DNA of 64,000 nt from a virus. Of this stretch, positions 12,861-22,963 are shown one piece after another (within the stretch, counting starts at the first letter, position 1; the number at the start of each line of letters is the position of its first letter). The stretch covers positions 1 to 64,000 of the IMG/VR virus record IMGVR_UViG_3300009182_000050. One strand, written 5' to 3'. The notes beneath the pieces were generated by a model, which did not search any database, was not told the origin of the DNA, and saw only the letters and a list, made by a program, of their open reading frames with translations. A program made the position numbers and the translations under genes.

Positions 12861-14705
12861 ATGACAAAAATGACAGAACGACAGACACATGATTTATCAG
12901 AAGTAAAACTACATTTAGTTGATTCTGTAGAAAAAGCAAGTGAGTTTTTGACTTGGCTAAGCCAGAGACGACCTTATGGTGCTGTTTCCGTTGATATTGA
13001 AACTGGTGAACTTCCCGGCGGAGAACGTAATGACGCACTATCTCCTTGGCACGGACAGATTCGCTTGGCTCAAATTGGTGATGGTGAGCAGGGTTGGTCT
13101 ATTCCTTGGGAAGATTGGTCTGGTGTTTTTTATCAGGCTATGGATAAATTTTCTGGTCCTATTGTGTGCCACAATATTGCTTTTGAAGCAAAATGGTTTG
13201 CTGTTAAATCTAAGTGGCAACTACCTTGGCATCAAGCTCACGACACAATGATTATGGCTCAGATTATTGACCCACTTGGTTCAGGTGCTCTTAAGCGGTT
13301 AGCCTCTAGATATATTGACCCTCGTGCTGTGGCACTTCAAGAAACTTTAGGTACATCTCTGGCTATTAATGGATGGACTTGGGGGACTGTTCCTACAAAC
13401 TTTGAACCTTACTGGTCATACGGTGCTCTTGATACTGTTCTTACAATGCGTATCTGGGAGCAGTTTTATGGACAATGTGGTCCAGAGGGTTCATACAATC
13501 GTGCTTACGAAATTGAGATGGCTGCTAGAAAGATTGTCACTCGTATGGAAATCAATGGTGCTCGTGTAGACCTTGACTACTCTCGTCGCAAATACGATGA
13601 ACTAGTAAACTACACAGAGTCAGTAAAAGAGTGGGCTAAGGGTGCTTATGGTGGAGCATCTATTACTAGTAATGTTCAACTAGTCAGACTCTTTGAGTCT
13701 TTAGGTGCAGAGATTACCGAGTTCACGCCTACAGGACAAAAATCTGCAACTAAAGACCAATTAAAACTTCTTACTATTACAGGTAATGATGAAGTAAAAA
13801 ATCTTGCTGAAGTAGTTTTGAAACAGCGTAAAGCTGACAAACTTGCTAGTAGTTATTTCTCAAACTTTATTAGTAAAAATGTAAATGGTTTTGTTCATCC
13901 ATCTGTTAAAACAATGGGTGCTCGTACCGGTCGTATGTCAATTACTGACCCAGCGTTGCAGACTCTTCCAAAGGGTGATGATGTAGTTCGTACTGCGTTC
14001 TTACCTAAAGATGATGACCATGTAATTATTACTTCTGACCTTGACCAAGTTGAGTTCCGTATGTTTGCTTCGTTGTCTCAGGACCCAAACTTGATTCAAC
14101 TATTCCATCGTGCTGATGCAACTGGCTCTGACCCATTTACTGAAATTGGCCGTGAGGTTTATCAAGAACCTGAAATGACTAGGTCTGATAAACGACGTAA
14201 TCTTATTAAGGGCGTTGTTTACGGTCGTCTTTACGGTGCTGGTGTAGCAAAGCAAGCCCTCACTGCTGGTGTTCCTGAGTCTCAGATGCGTGCAGTTTCC
14301 GATTCGTTTGACCGTAACTATCCAGGAATGATTTCTTTTCAAAAGAAAATTGAAGATATTGGTATGCGTCGTCTTCGTGGTGAAGGTCAGGGCTATGTAC
14401 ACACTTGGACTGGTCGTCGTCTTCCTTGTGATGATGACCGTACTTATACGCTCGTTAACTATTTAATTCAGGGTGGTGCTGCTGAGGTATTTAAGTCAAA
14501 CTTAATCAAACTTGACCAAGCAGACCTAACTGAGCTTTTGATTGTGCCTGTGCACGATGAAATTGTTCTTAACTGTCCTCGTGACCAAGTTGCAGAAGTT
14601 ATGAAGACTGTTCAGGAATGTATGACAACAACCGAAGGATGGTCAGTGCCTCTTACATCAGGTATTGATGGTCCACTAGAGACTTGGGGAGATAAATACC
14701 GCTAA
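12861..14705 (+). CDS. polA: DNA polymerase family A with 3'-5' exonuclease
   Basis: DIET, HNIAFE, RTGRMS, DLDQVEFR, KGVVYGRLYG and VHDEIV motifs. Confidence 0.95.
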   Translation: MTKMTERQTHDLSEVKLHLVDSVEKASEFLTWLSQRRPYGAVSVDIETGELPGGERNDALSPWHGQIRLAQIGDGEQGWSIPWEDWSGVFYQAMDKFSGPIVCHNIAFEAKWFAVKSKWQLPWHQAHDTMIMAQIIDPLGSGALKRLASRYIDPRAVALQETLGTSLAINGWTWGTVPTNFEPYWSYGALDTVLTMRIWEQFYGQCGPEGSYNRAYEIEMAARKIVTRMEINGARVDLDYSRRKYDELVNYTESVKEWAKGAYGGASITSNVQLVRLFESLGAEITEFTPTGQKSATKDQLKLLTITGNDEVKNLAEVVLKQRKADKLASSYFSNFISKNVNGFVHPSVKTMGARTGRMSITDPALQTLPKGDDVVRTAFLPKDDDHVIITSDLDQVEFRMFASLSQDPNLIQLFHRADATGSDPFTEIGREVYQEPEMTRSDKRRNLIKGVVYGRLYGAGVAKQALTAGVPESQMRAVSDSFDRNYPGMISFQKKIEDIGMRRLRGEGQGYVHTWTGRRLPCDDDRTYTLVNYLIQGGAAEVFKSNLIKLDQADLTELLIVPVHDEIVLNCPRDQVAEVMKTVQECMTTTEGWSVPLTSGIDGPLETWGDKYR

Positions 14706-15160
14706 TGAGTAAATATGTTTTGTCCGTAGACCCTGGTAAAGCAACTGGAGTTGCTTTAGTTAGTTTTGAAAAAGGCTCTGAGCCAGAAATTATCTATTCT
14801 GGTGAAGTTCAGCCAGATGAGTTTGCCATAGTTGTCAGAGATTTAATGACTAACTATCAAATAAAAGAGATAGTGTGTGAAAAGTTTACAATAAATGCTC
14901 AAACTGTTAGAAATTCTCAGGCTCCGTACTCTTTAGAGCAAATTGGGGTTCTAAAACAGATTATGCAGGACTTTGAGTTTGATAGAGAGTCAATTATCTG
15001 GCAATTACCTGTTGATGCTAAGAAAATGTTTCCAAATGAAGCTCTTAAAACCTTAAAATTATGGCATAAAGGTGGAGAAGGGCACGCAAATGATGCTCTG
15101 AGGCACGCTTTACTACGACTTGTTAAGACTGGCTGGATACCTAGACAACTTCTACAATAA
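14705..15160 (+). CDS. RuvC-like Holliday junction resolvase / RNase H-fold nuclease
   Basis: VDPGKATG, IVCEKF and HANDALRH motifs. Confidence 0.75.
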   Translation: MSKYVLSVDPGKATGVALVSFEKGSEPEIIYSGEVQPDEFAIVVRDLMTNYQIKEIVCEKFTINAQTVRNSQAPYSLEQIGVLKQIMQDFEFDRESIIWQLPVDAKKMFPNEALKTLKLWHKGGEGHANDALRHALLRLVKTGWIPRQLLQ

Positions 15161-15245
15161 AAGATACTATTTGAAAAAACTTGTACTAATTAAAATGTGT
15201 GATAGTATCTTTGCACAGACGAAATGACATAGAAGAGAGAAGTAA

Positions 15246-17051
15246 ATGGCTGTAATAGCAAAGCTGGACTTAGACGGTATTCATATCCGTTTAGATGTTG
15301 AGTATCGTTACAAAGAATTATGTAAAAGCATCCCTGGCTCTGCTTGGTCTACTGCTGACCAAGTGTGGCGTTTACCACTAAGCTGGTCTACTTGTTTAGC
15401 ACTTCGCTCAACATTTAGAGATGACCTTGTGATTTCTGAAGACCTTTCTGAATGGGCTATGAATCAACTTACAACTCGTATTGCTCCAGCAAATGAACTA
15501 CGAGATTTAGAAGAATTTATTGACTCAAATAATGAAGATTTGTTTCCTCATCAGCGTGCTGGTGTAAAATTTTTAGCAACTGCAAAGCGTGCTTTACTTG
15601 CTGATGAACCAGGTCTTGGTAAGACTGCTCAGGCTATCCGTGCACTTAAGGAACTTCAAGAACAGGGTGAAGATGTATTTCCTGCTCTTATTGTTTGTCC
15701 AAATACTTTGAAAAAGAACTGGGCTCGTGAGTTTGGTCGCTGGTGGCCTAGTGTTACCTGTCAAGTTATTAAGGGTACATCTACACAGCGTCGTAAGCAG
15801 TTTGATACTCAGGCAGATGTATATGTAATCAACTGGGAATCACTTCGTACTCACTCACGACTTGCTCCTTACGGTTCTGTTGCTCTTGCACGTTGCACAG
15901 AGTGTGGTGGGCACGATAGCAAGGTAACTTTAACTAGGTGTGAAGTTCACAAGCGTGAACTCAACGGTATTGATTTTAAGTCTGTAGTAGCGGATGAAAT
16001 TCATCGCTCTAAGGACCCTAAATCAAAGCAGACTCGTGCTTTGTGGTCAGCAACTGGAAATGCAAAGATTCGTTTTGCTCTTACAGGAACTCCTGTAGCC
16101 AACAATGTGGTTGATATGTGGTCTATTCTTCACTGGCTTTCTCCAGAGGATTGGCCATCAAAGACAAAATGGATTGACCGGATGGTTGACACTATGCTTA
16201 ATGCTTTTGGTGGTCTTATGGTTCTTGGTGTAAAGCCTCATATGGAAGAAGAGTTCCAAAAAACAATCAGTCACCATATGCGTCGTATGCTCAAGGCTCG
16301 TGTACTTCCTTGGTTGCCTCCGGTAATCAATGAGCGTCGTGATATTGAAATGTCTACAAAACAGAAAAAAGCTTACGAGCAGATGCGTGACCATATGATT
16401 GCAGAACTAGAGTCTGGAGATGCATTATCTGCTCCTAGCGTTTTGACTCAGACTATTCGTCTACTTCAATTTGCTAGTTCATATGCAGATATTGTTGTTG
16501 ACGAAAAGACTGGTGAACCACGAGCAGTTTTGTCAGAGCCTTCTTGTAAGGTTGACTCACTTATGGACGATATTAAAAATGGTGACTTTGGAGACGACTC
16601 TGTAGCCGTCTGTGCTGTGTCACGTCAGTTGATTGAACTTCTAAGTGCTGCTCTTACAAAGGCTGGAATCTCTCACGGTTTAATCACCGGTGCTCAGTCT
16701 GAAGAAGAGCGTCAAGATGCTATTGATGATTTTCAATCTGGTGTAAATAAGTGGATTCTTTTCACTGCTCAGGCTGGTGGTGTTGGTGTAACTCTTACAG
16801 CAGCTCGCCGTTTGATTATGCTCCAGCGTCCGTGGTCACTTGTTGACCATAAGCAAGCCCTTGACCGCGTACATCGTATTGGTTCAGAGATTCACGATTC
16901 TGTCATCATTAGCGACTATGTTACAGAAGGAACTATTGAAGAACGAGTTCTTCAAGTTCTAGAAACCAAGGCTGATAACTTTGAGCAAATCGTTCACGAC
17001 CGTGTGAGATTACTTGATTTGCTAAAAGAAGATAAAGCAGGTAAGTTGTGA
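15246..17051 (+). CDS. SNF2-family helicase
   Basis: LADEPGLGKT, DEIH, LTGTP, GGVGVTL and QALDRVHRIG motifs. Confidence 0.93.
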   Translation: MAVIAKLDLDGIHIRLDVEYRYKELCKSIPGSAWSTADQVWRLPLSWSTCLALRSTFRDDLVISEDLSEWAMNQLTTRIAPANELRDLEEFIDSNNEDLFPHQRAGVKFLATAKRALLADEPGLGKTAQAIRALKELQEQGEDVFPALIVCPNTLKKNWAREFGRWWPSVTCQVIKGTSTQRRKQFDTQADVYVINWESLRTHSRLAPYGSVALARCTECGGHDSKVTLTRCEVHKRELNGIDFKSVVADEIHRSKDPKSKQTRALWSATGNAKIRFALTGTPVANNVVDMWSILHWLSPEDWPSKTKWIDRMVDTMLNAFGGLMVLGVKPHMEEEFQKTISHHMRRMLKARVLPWLPPVINERRDIEMSTKQKKAYEQMRDHMIAELESGDALSAPSVLTQTIRLLQFASSYADIVVDEKTGEPRAVLSEPSCKVDSLMDDIKNGDFGDDSVAVCAVSRQLIELLSAALTKAGISHGLITGAQSEEERQDAIDDFQSGVNKWILFTAQAGGVGVTLTAARRLIMLQRPWSLVDHKQALDRVHRIGSEIHDSVIISDYVTEGTIEERVLQVLETKADNFEQIVHDRVRLLDLLKEDKAGKL

Positions 17052-17087
17052 TACAGAAAGAAATGACATACAAGGACGGAATGATAA

Positions 17088-18020
17088 ATGTCTAAAGTTA
17101 TTCGACTCTCCAACTCGGAGATTCAAACATTCAAAGACTGTCGTCGCCGGTGGTGGTTTACCTACTACCGTCGTCTAAAACCACGCTCACAGGATATGAC
17201 TGGTGCTCTTGCATTAGGTACACGAATCCACGCTGCACTTGACGACCACTATGCAAATGGAACTCCACTGCTTCAAGCTCATTCAAAACTAGTTGAGGTT
17301 GACCGCAATCTTTTGGTTGCTGATTTCCGCGATACTTTTGAACTTGATAGTGAAGCAGAACTTGGTCACATTATGCTTGAGGGTTACGAGCAGTGGGTTG
17401 AAGAAGAAGGTATTGATGCTGAACTAGAATTCATCTCTAGTGAAGAAACAATCATTGCTCCACTATTCAACGGTGAAGTTGAACTTCAAGGAAAGCTTGA
17501 TATGCGAGTTCGTCGTAAGTCAGACGGTGTTCGTATGTTCCGTGACTTCAAAACTGTTGGTGGCTCGTTATCTGAGTTCTCCAGCCTTGCACATATGAAT
17601 GAGCAAGTACTAACCTATATGCTTCTGGAATCAACCCAGAATAAAGAGGGAGAGCGTTCCGATGGAGGCATCTTTACGATGCTAAAAAAGGTAAAGCGCA
17701 CTGCTTCTGCACGACCTCCGTTCTATGACCAGATTGAAGTACGACACAATGTGTTTGCACTTCGCTCATTCTGGAATCGTATTCACGGAACAATCACAGA
17801 CCTGATGAGAGTGCGTACTGCACTTGATGAAGGTACTGACCACACATTTGTTGCTTACCCAAAACCAAGCCGCGAGTGTAAATGGAAATGCCAGTTCTTC
17901 TCTATCTGTCCATTGTTTGATGATGGCAGTAGTGCAGAGCAAGCAATCAGTGAACTATTCATAGAGGGAGACCCCTATGCATATTACGAAAACGAAAATG
18001 ACAAGAAAGGACTGGAATAA
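17088..18020 (+). CDS. Cas4/RecB-like PD-(D/E)XK exonuclease
   Basis: SNSEIQTFKDC, GTRIH, GKLD, DFKT motifs; C-terminal CKWKC...C cluster. Confidence 0.85.
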   Translation: MSKVIRLSNSEIQTFKDCRRRWWFTYYRRLKPRSQDMTGALALGTRIHAALDDHYANGTPLLQAHSKLVEVDRNLLVADFRDTFELDSEAELGHIMLEGYEQWVEEEGIDAELEFISSEETIIAPLFNGEVELQGKLDMRVRRKSDGVRMFRDFKTVGGSLSEFSSLAHMNEQVLTYMLLESTQNKEGERSDGGIFTMLKKVKRTASARPPFYDQIEVRHNVFALRSFWNRIHGTITDLMRVRTALDEGTDHTFVAYPKPSRECKWKCQFFSICPLFDDGSSAEQAISELFIEGDPYAYYENENDKKGLE

Positions 18021-18022
18021 CT

Positions 18023-18805
18023 ATGAGTGACATTCAGCGTTCATTAACAGTTATGGTCTACGGTGAATCAAAGGTTGGAAAGTCCACCTTTGCAGTTACC
18101 TCCCCATATCCACGTCTTATGCTTGATGTTGAGGGTGGACATCGTTTCCTCCCAATCGTCGTCAAGTACTGGGACCCACTACGCGAAGAACCACCTGTCG
18201 CAGATGGAACTTGGGACACTTGTGTCGTCCAGGTTCGTAACTATGATGATGTCATAAAGGCATACCAGTGGCTTCAGAGCGGTAAGCACCAGTTCAAGAG
18301 TTTGATTATTGATTCAATCTCAGAACTACAAGTTAAGTGTATGGATTCAATTGCTGGCAGCGAGCAGATGAAAATGCAACAATGGGGCGAACTACTTCGT
18401 CATATGGGTGCACTTCTTCGCGACTTGCGTGACCTCACAATGCACGCAACGAATCCACTAGAAGCAGTAGTCCTAACTGCAATGGCTCGTACCGGGCAGG
18501 ATGGTCGCTACCGTCCTTACCTACAGGGTCAACTTGCAATTCAGGCTCCATACTTCTACGATATTCTCGGTGGTATTACCATTGAGGAAATGCCAAATCC
18601 TGACCCAATGCAACCTCCATACAAAGTTCGTAAGATGTATGTAGAACGCACTGCTCAGTATGAGGCAGGAGAACGAGTCCAAGGTCGCCTTGGAGCAATT
18701 GTTCAACAAGAAAATCTATCCATTGAGCGGATGTTAGACATCATCTTTGGAGAGAAACAATCTGTAGCGACCGCTACCAAAACGACAAATAAGAAAGAAG
18801 GTTAA
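18023..18805 (+). CDS. AAA_24 / Sak4-like RecA-fold ATPase
   Basis: GESKVGKS Walker A, DVEGG and IIDSISE motifs; sits between nuclease and SSB. Confidence 0.85.
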   Translation: MSDIQRSLTVMVYGESKVGKSTFAVTSPYPRLMLDVEGGHRFLPIVVKYWDPLREEPPVADGTWDTCVVQVRNYDDVIKAYQWLQSGKHQFKSLIIDSISELQVKCMDSIAGSEQMKMQQWGELLRHMGALLRDLRDLTMHATNPLEAVVLTAMARTGQDGRYRPYLQGQLAIQAPYFYDILGGITIEEMPNPDPMQPPYKVRKMYVERTAQYEAGERVQGRLGAIVQQENLSIERMLDIIFGEKQSVATATKTTNKKEG

Positions 18806-18808
18806 GGT

Positions 18809-19339
18809 ATGAGTACCTTAAACTGGGCTGACCTCATCAAAGAGGCTGGCGAAACTGCATCATACGAACCACTACCAGATGGTGATTACGACTTGGTAGT
18901 ACTAGAGGGAGTCGCTAAGCAGACTCAATCAGGAAAAACCATGTTCTCAGTTAAGTCTGAAGTACAAGGTGGTCCTCACAACAAGCGTCTCATTTGGGAT
19001 AACTTGGTTGTAAGTCCAGATAACCCAACAGCCTTGGGTATCTTCCTATCAAAGATGTCTGCTCTTGGTCTTGGCCGTGAGTTCTTTGAACAGGGTCCAA
19101 GCAACGCACAGATTGAGGCCGCTCTTCGTGGTCGCGCTTTCCGTGCACAGGTTGGTAGTCGTGTTTACCAAGGCACAAAGCGTAACGAACTAAAGCGTTA
19201 CTACTCTGCTGCTTCTGCACAGACTGCTACCATTGCTGCTCCTGCTCCTGCAGTTGCTGCGCCAGCACCGGCTCCTGCACCTGCACCTGCCCCAGCACCG
19301 GCTCCTGCACCTGCTGCAGCACCTGCTGCTCCTTTCTAA
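18809..19339 (+). CDS. DUF669-like single-stranded DNA-binding protein
   Basis: EPLPDGDY motif; PA-rich tail ending in PF. Confidence 0.75.
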   Translation: MSTLNWADLIKEAGETASYEPLPDGDYDLVVLEGVAKQTQSGKTMFSVKSEVQGGPHNKRLIWDNLVVSPDNPTALGIFLSKMSALGLGREFFEQGPSNAQIEAALRGRAFRAQVGSRVYQGTKRNELKRYYSAASAQTATIAAPAPAVAAPAPAPAPAPAPAPAPAPAAAPAAPF

Positions 19340-19351
19340 GTCTTTGGCTTA

Positions 19352-19393
19352 GTGAGATTGCCTTCCAGCGAAAGTTGGAAGGCTTTCTCATTA
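19352..19393 (+). terminator. Intrinsic terminator-like hairpin
   Basis: gagattgccttccagc-gaaa-gttggaaggctttctc after the SSB gene. Confidence 0.7.
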
Positions 19394-19428
19394 GTCCACA
19401 AATAGTAGAAAGCAAATAGGTTGAAATT

Positions 19429-20454
19429 GTGAAAGTATTACTAACCGGTTGCAGTGCTCCACAATCTTCTCATTCATTAAATGGAAGATTGCCAACATTT
19501 TCTGGACTAATTAGAAATGCTCTTAGTTATGCTGGGCACGATATTACTTGGGAACATCCATCAATATCTATGACTGAAGAGTTTCTAAGCCAGTTTGATG
19601 TAGTTATTGTAGGACTTAGTTCTCCAACTAGTATGTCAGCTTACAGACTTTATGGTGCTTTATCAGTAATTGAAAGGGCTAGAAAAGTTACTAATGTTCG
19701 CTATTTAATTGATGCTCCGGAGCCTCACAAACTTTGGGCAGGTATTAGAGCATTAGTTAATAGTCCAGAAGATTTGATAAAAGACTTCTACTCAAAACGA
19801 CCAGAGTATCAACAGGTTAGTGAGTCTAAAGAATTTTCTAGACTTCACTCTGTATTAGTTGATTTATATGAAAATTCTTGGGAGCGTACTATTGTTCCTG
19901 CTTTTCCTTGGTCTACTAAAACTCATATTACAGAATATATACCTAATATTCTTGAAGATTCTATTGAACTTGTGTGCTTAGATTCTGTTTTATTGACTGC
20001 TATTCCAGATGGTTTATATATGAAAAGTGAAGCAGATTATTGGACTGTCAATCAAGAAACACCGTGGACAAAAAAACTGCAAAAAACATTAATAAATAAT
20101 GTTGAGCCTATGAATGATTCTAAATGGAATAATAACTCTGCTGTACTAGTGAAACTTAACAAATCAATTGGTTCAATTATTACAACTTATAAAAATGGTG
20201 ACCCTTGGTGGTCAGTAAATCTATCTCAGTCTTTGTTTGTTAATACCCCTGTAGTGACTGACTGGAGACATACCGCTTACTTAGGGGAGTCTTGGTCTAT
20301 TCTTGCTCATCAAATTGAAGAACTGTCTATGAATGAAAGAGCATCTCTTGCTATAAATCAAAGAGAACAGTATGTAAAATCAATACCTAATTTTTCGGAC
20401 TCAATAACTGGGGTTTTGTCTGCTGTATTTAATGACTCTTATAGTAAAATTTAA
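19429..20454 (+). CDS. Hypothetical protein, possibly a GT-B-fold (DNA-modifying?) glycosyltransferase
   Basis: MKVLLTG Rossmann-like start, FDVVIVG, WWS...QSL...TPVVTD C-terminal motif. Confidence 0.45.
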   Translation: MKVLLTGCSAPQSSHSLNGRLPTFSGLIRNALSYAGHDITWEHPSISMTEEFLSQFDVVIVGLSSPTSMSAYRLYGALSVIERARKVTNVRYLIDAPEPHKLWAGIRALVNSPEDLIKDFYSKRPEYQQVSESKEFSRLHSVLVDLYENSWERTIVPAFPWSTKTHITEYIPNILEDSIELVCLDSVLLTAIPDGLYMKSEADYWTVNQETPWTKKLQKTLINNVEPMNDSKWNNNSAVLVKLNKSIGSIITTYKNGDPWWSVNLSQSLFVNTPVVTDWRHTAYLGESWSILAHQIEELSMNERASLAINQREQYVKSIPNFSDSITGVLSAVFNDSYSKI

Positions 20455-20474
20455 CTAGATTGGATGTACTAAAA

Positions 20475-20900
20475 ATGAAAAATATAGATATGACTTGGGT
20501 TAGGTCTCAACTAGAAAATGCTAAAGTTTCTATCCCTGTTGGTGAATCAGTTCTAGAACTAATTGATACTTGGGCTAAAACAGAACATGCAGATAGTAGT
20601 AGTGACCAAGTCCTAGAGCTATTTTCTAAACTTTGCAAATCAAATTCATTAGTTAGTACTCCAGAAAACGAAGTATGGCAACCAGCAGGTCCGGGCTTTA
20701 TCCGTGTAGGAGATGAAGTACGAGTTATGTCTGATGCTTTTGAAGGAGACCTTGGTCAAATACATAATGGTCGTCGTGGTCGTGTAGTTGCTGTTCGCTA
20801 TGGTGACATTATTATTAAAACAACAGATGGAAAAGAACCAGTTCTTGATGGGTCACATTATTCTCCATATAAGTTAGAAAAACTGGTTACAGTACTATGA
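20475..20900 (+). CDS. Hypothetical protein with SH3/KOW-like C-terminus
   Basis: IRVGDEVRV...HNGRRGRVVAVRYGD. Confidence 0.6.
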   Translation: MKNIDMTWVRSQLENAKVSIPVGESVLELIDTWAKTEHADSSSDQVLELFSKLCKSNSLVSTPENEVWQPAGPGFIRVGDEVRVMSDAFEGDLGQIHNGRRGRVVAVRYGDIIIKTTDGKEPVLDGSHYSPYKLEKLVTVL

Positions 20901-21112
20901 GTACCATAGTTACTGCTCGTTTTATTGTTTATGGTGATACATATGATGAGTTGGTAACTGCTTCTGAAGACCGTCTTTCAGAATTTTTTGAAGTTAATCT
21001 TGCAGATATTAAAAAAACTTTTAACTACGAACTTGTAGTTACAGAAAATGAAAATATGAGTAGTGAATATAGCTACGAAGCGACTGTAGTAGTAAGGAAA
21101 CGAGATGTCTGA
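20897..21112 (+). CDS. Hypothetical protein
   Basis: ATGA overlap with the upstream gene. Confidence 0.6.
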   Translation: MSTIVTARFIVYGDTYDELVTASEDRLSEFFEVNLADIKKTFNYELVVTENENMSSEYSYEATVVVRKRDV

Positions 21113-21431
21113 AGAAGTAAATGTTGAGCAAGATGTAACTCCTCGTGTTGCCGCTCTTAGAGAAGCAGCCAGAATTATTTCTGGAGAGCGTAATAAACAG
21201 TATGGTGGTCCTGAAGAAAACTTCACTCGTACTGCTCAAATTTGGACAGCAATTATTGGATATGAATTTACTGCTGAAGATGTGGCAATGATGATGGTTG
21301 GTCTAAAAGTTGCTCGTTATGCTTCTAAGTCTGGATTTCAACCAGATACTTGGATTGACATTGCAGGATATGCAGGTTGCGGTTATGAAGTTGGTAGTGT
21401 AGAAATGACTAAGCAAGATACCAACAAATAA
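21105..21431 (+). CDS. DUF6378-like (dNTP pyrophosphohydrolase-related) protein
   Basis: GERNKQYGGPEENF, LKVAR and DTWIDIAGYA motifs. Confidence 0.8.
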   Translation: MSEEVNVEQDVTPRVAALREAARIISGERNKQYGGPEENFTRTAQIWTAIIGYEFTAEDVAMMMVGLKVARYASKSGFQPDTWIDIAGYAGCGYEVGSVEMTKQDTNK

Positions 21432-21441
21432 AGGAATAACT

Positions 21442-21741
21442 TTGAGCAATGGACTACAAGAGCCTTGGACATTTGAGCAACCTGTTTGTAGAGAAGTTGG
21501 TGGTGAAGCATTTTATGCTGGTGATGAAGATGACCCTCAATCACTAGACACTAATATCTTAAATAATCAACTAGCCAAAAAAATATGTCAGACATGTAGT
21601 CATATTGTTGAGTGTGCTGAGTGGGGTATTCATCACGAAAGATACGGTATATGGGGTGGATTATCGCCTCACGAAATTGTTACTATAAGAAGAAAAAGAA
21701 ACATAATTATGAAAACCGTAACTCTTCCTAGAGTCCTGTAG
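21442..21741 (+). CDS. whiB: WhiB-family transcription factor
   Basis: C...CxxC-x5-C and YGIWGG; AAGGA SD. Confidence 0.92.
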   Translation: MSNGLQEPWTFEQPVCREVGGEAFYAGDEDDPQSLDTNILNNQLAKKICQTCSHIVECAEWGIHHERYGIWGGLSPHEIVTIRRKRNIIMKTVTLPRVL

Positions 21742-21777
21742 AATCTAAATAACATTTAACATACAGGAGGTCTAGAA

Positions 21778-22089
21778 ATGGCCGCAAAAGAAGTTGCTAG
21801 ACCTATGCCTGTCTGTGAAAACTGCTTTCTTGAAGAACATACTAAATGGGAGCCAGATAGTATGGATGAAGAAGGTAATGTTTTAATGAGGCTTACTGGT
21901 GTTGATACACCTCTAAGAGCAACCCCTGAATCAGTTGAAACTTGCTCATTATGCGGTGCAATAACTGTAGCTGGAATTTATGAAATGTTTAAGCCATCAG
22001 AAATATATTTTGATGAGAATTCTCAATTAGAAAATAAATTTGAAATGCCTCTAAATGAATTTTATGGTGACTCTGATGAAGGATTCTAG
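21778..22089 (+). CDS. Zinc-finger hypothetical protein
   Basis: CENC...CSLC; AGGAGG SD. Confidence 0.65.
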   Translation: MAAKEVARPMPVCENCFLEEHTKWEPDSMDEEGNVLMRLTGVDTPLRATPESVETCSLCGAITVAGIYEMFKPSEIYFDENSQLENKFEMPLNEFYGDSDEGF

Positions 22090-22411
22090 AGTTGGTGAAT
22101 CCCTATGGAACGAATGGGATGGAGATGGCTATACTAATACACTTGTTTCTGGAACAGTTTTCTACACTATTGAACATATTTCAATTGAGAATGAGTTAGT
22201 TCGTAGAGCTCTTGCCTCTAATCTACAAAGAGATGGGGTAGCAGATTCTCTTGGAGATGGTTTTAGAATCCTTGAAAATGCTGTAATTAGTCAAGGTTGG
22301 GCTGGTTATGTTGATTCAGATAATGAGATATCTTCTTGTAGTGAAGTTGGACTTACTGAGTATGGTGACATTGTTGACCAAGTTTTTCCAGTAACTTGGG
22401 TTGAATTTTAG
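22076..22411 (+). CDS. Hypothetical protein
   Basis: Acidic ORF overlapping the upstream stop. Confidence 0.6.
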   Translation: MKDSRVGESLWNEWDGDGYTNTLVSGTVFYTIEHISIENELVRRALASNLQRDGVADSLGDGFRILENAVISQGWAGYVDSDNEISSCSEVGLTEYGDIVDQVFPVTWVEF

Positions 22412-22471
22412 AAATAATATAGGTGTGTTTTTCACCCTATTTTTATACATCTTTCCTGTAGAATTTATATT

Positions 22472-22963
22472 ATGTGGAAACCTGCTGATAATTTAAGATG
22501 GCAAAAGGATGCTAAATGCGCCGACCCATCTAATAAAAAATCACTTGTATGGTTTTACTCTAAAGATTCTGTAGAAAAAAATAATGCAAAAAATATGTGC
22601 TTCTCTTGTCCTGTCCGTAAAACCTGTCTACAGTGGGCTCTAGAGCACAGAGAGATTTGGGGTATCTGGGGAGGCAAAGATGAGATTGAACTTCGTAGGG
22701 CTTTGTCTGTGGCTTACAATGGTGAAGAAACTCGTCGTAATCGTCCACCAAACTGCCCATACTGCACTGCTCGTCCTAGCAAGTTAGCAACTTCAATTGA
22801 AAAACTTCCGCCCGGTGGACGCTGGACTCGTGCAAAAGTAGTTACTTGTACAGAGTGTGGATTTGCTTGGCGTAGTCGCTCAAGTGCAAATGCTGTTGAA
22901 GCATATAAAGAAGAAAAAGAAAAACGAAAAAGACTTAAGAAGTCAGCTACTAAGGCTGAATAA
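22472..22963 (+). CDS. whiB: WhiB-family transcription factor with extra C-terminal zinc ribbon
   Basis: WQKDAKC...CFSCPVRKTC...WGIWGG followed by CPYC...CTEC; TAGAAT 7 nt upstream of ATG (leaderless). Confidence 0.9.
   Translation: MWKPADNLRWQKDAKCADPSNKKSLVWFYSKDSVEKNNAKNMCFSCPVRKTCLQWALEHREIWGIWGGKDEIELRRALSVAYNGEETRRNRPPNCPYCTARPSKLATSIEKLPPGGRWTRAKVVTCTECGFAWRSRSSANAVEAYKEEKEKRKRLKKSATKAE

Noticed and set aside
17088-18020. Cas4-like gene as evidence of CRISPR-Cas
   Set aside because: It is a stand-alone phage exonuclease in a recombination module; no array or other cas genes were seen.
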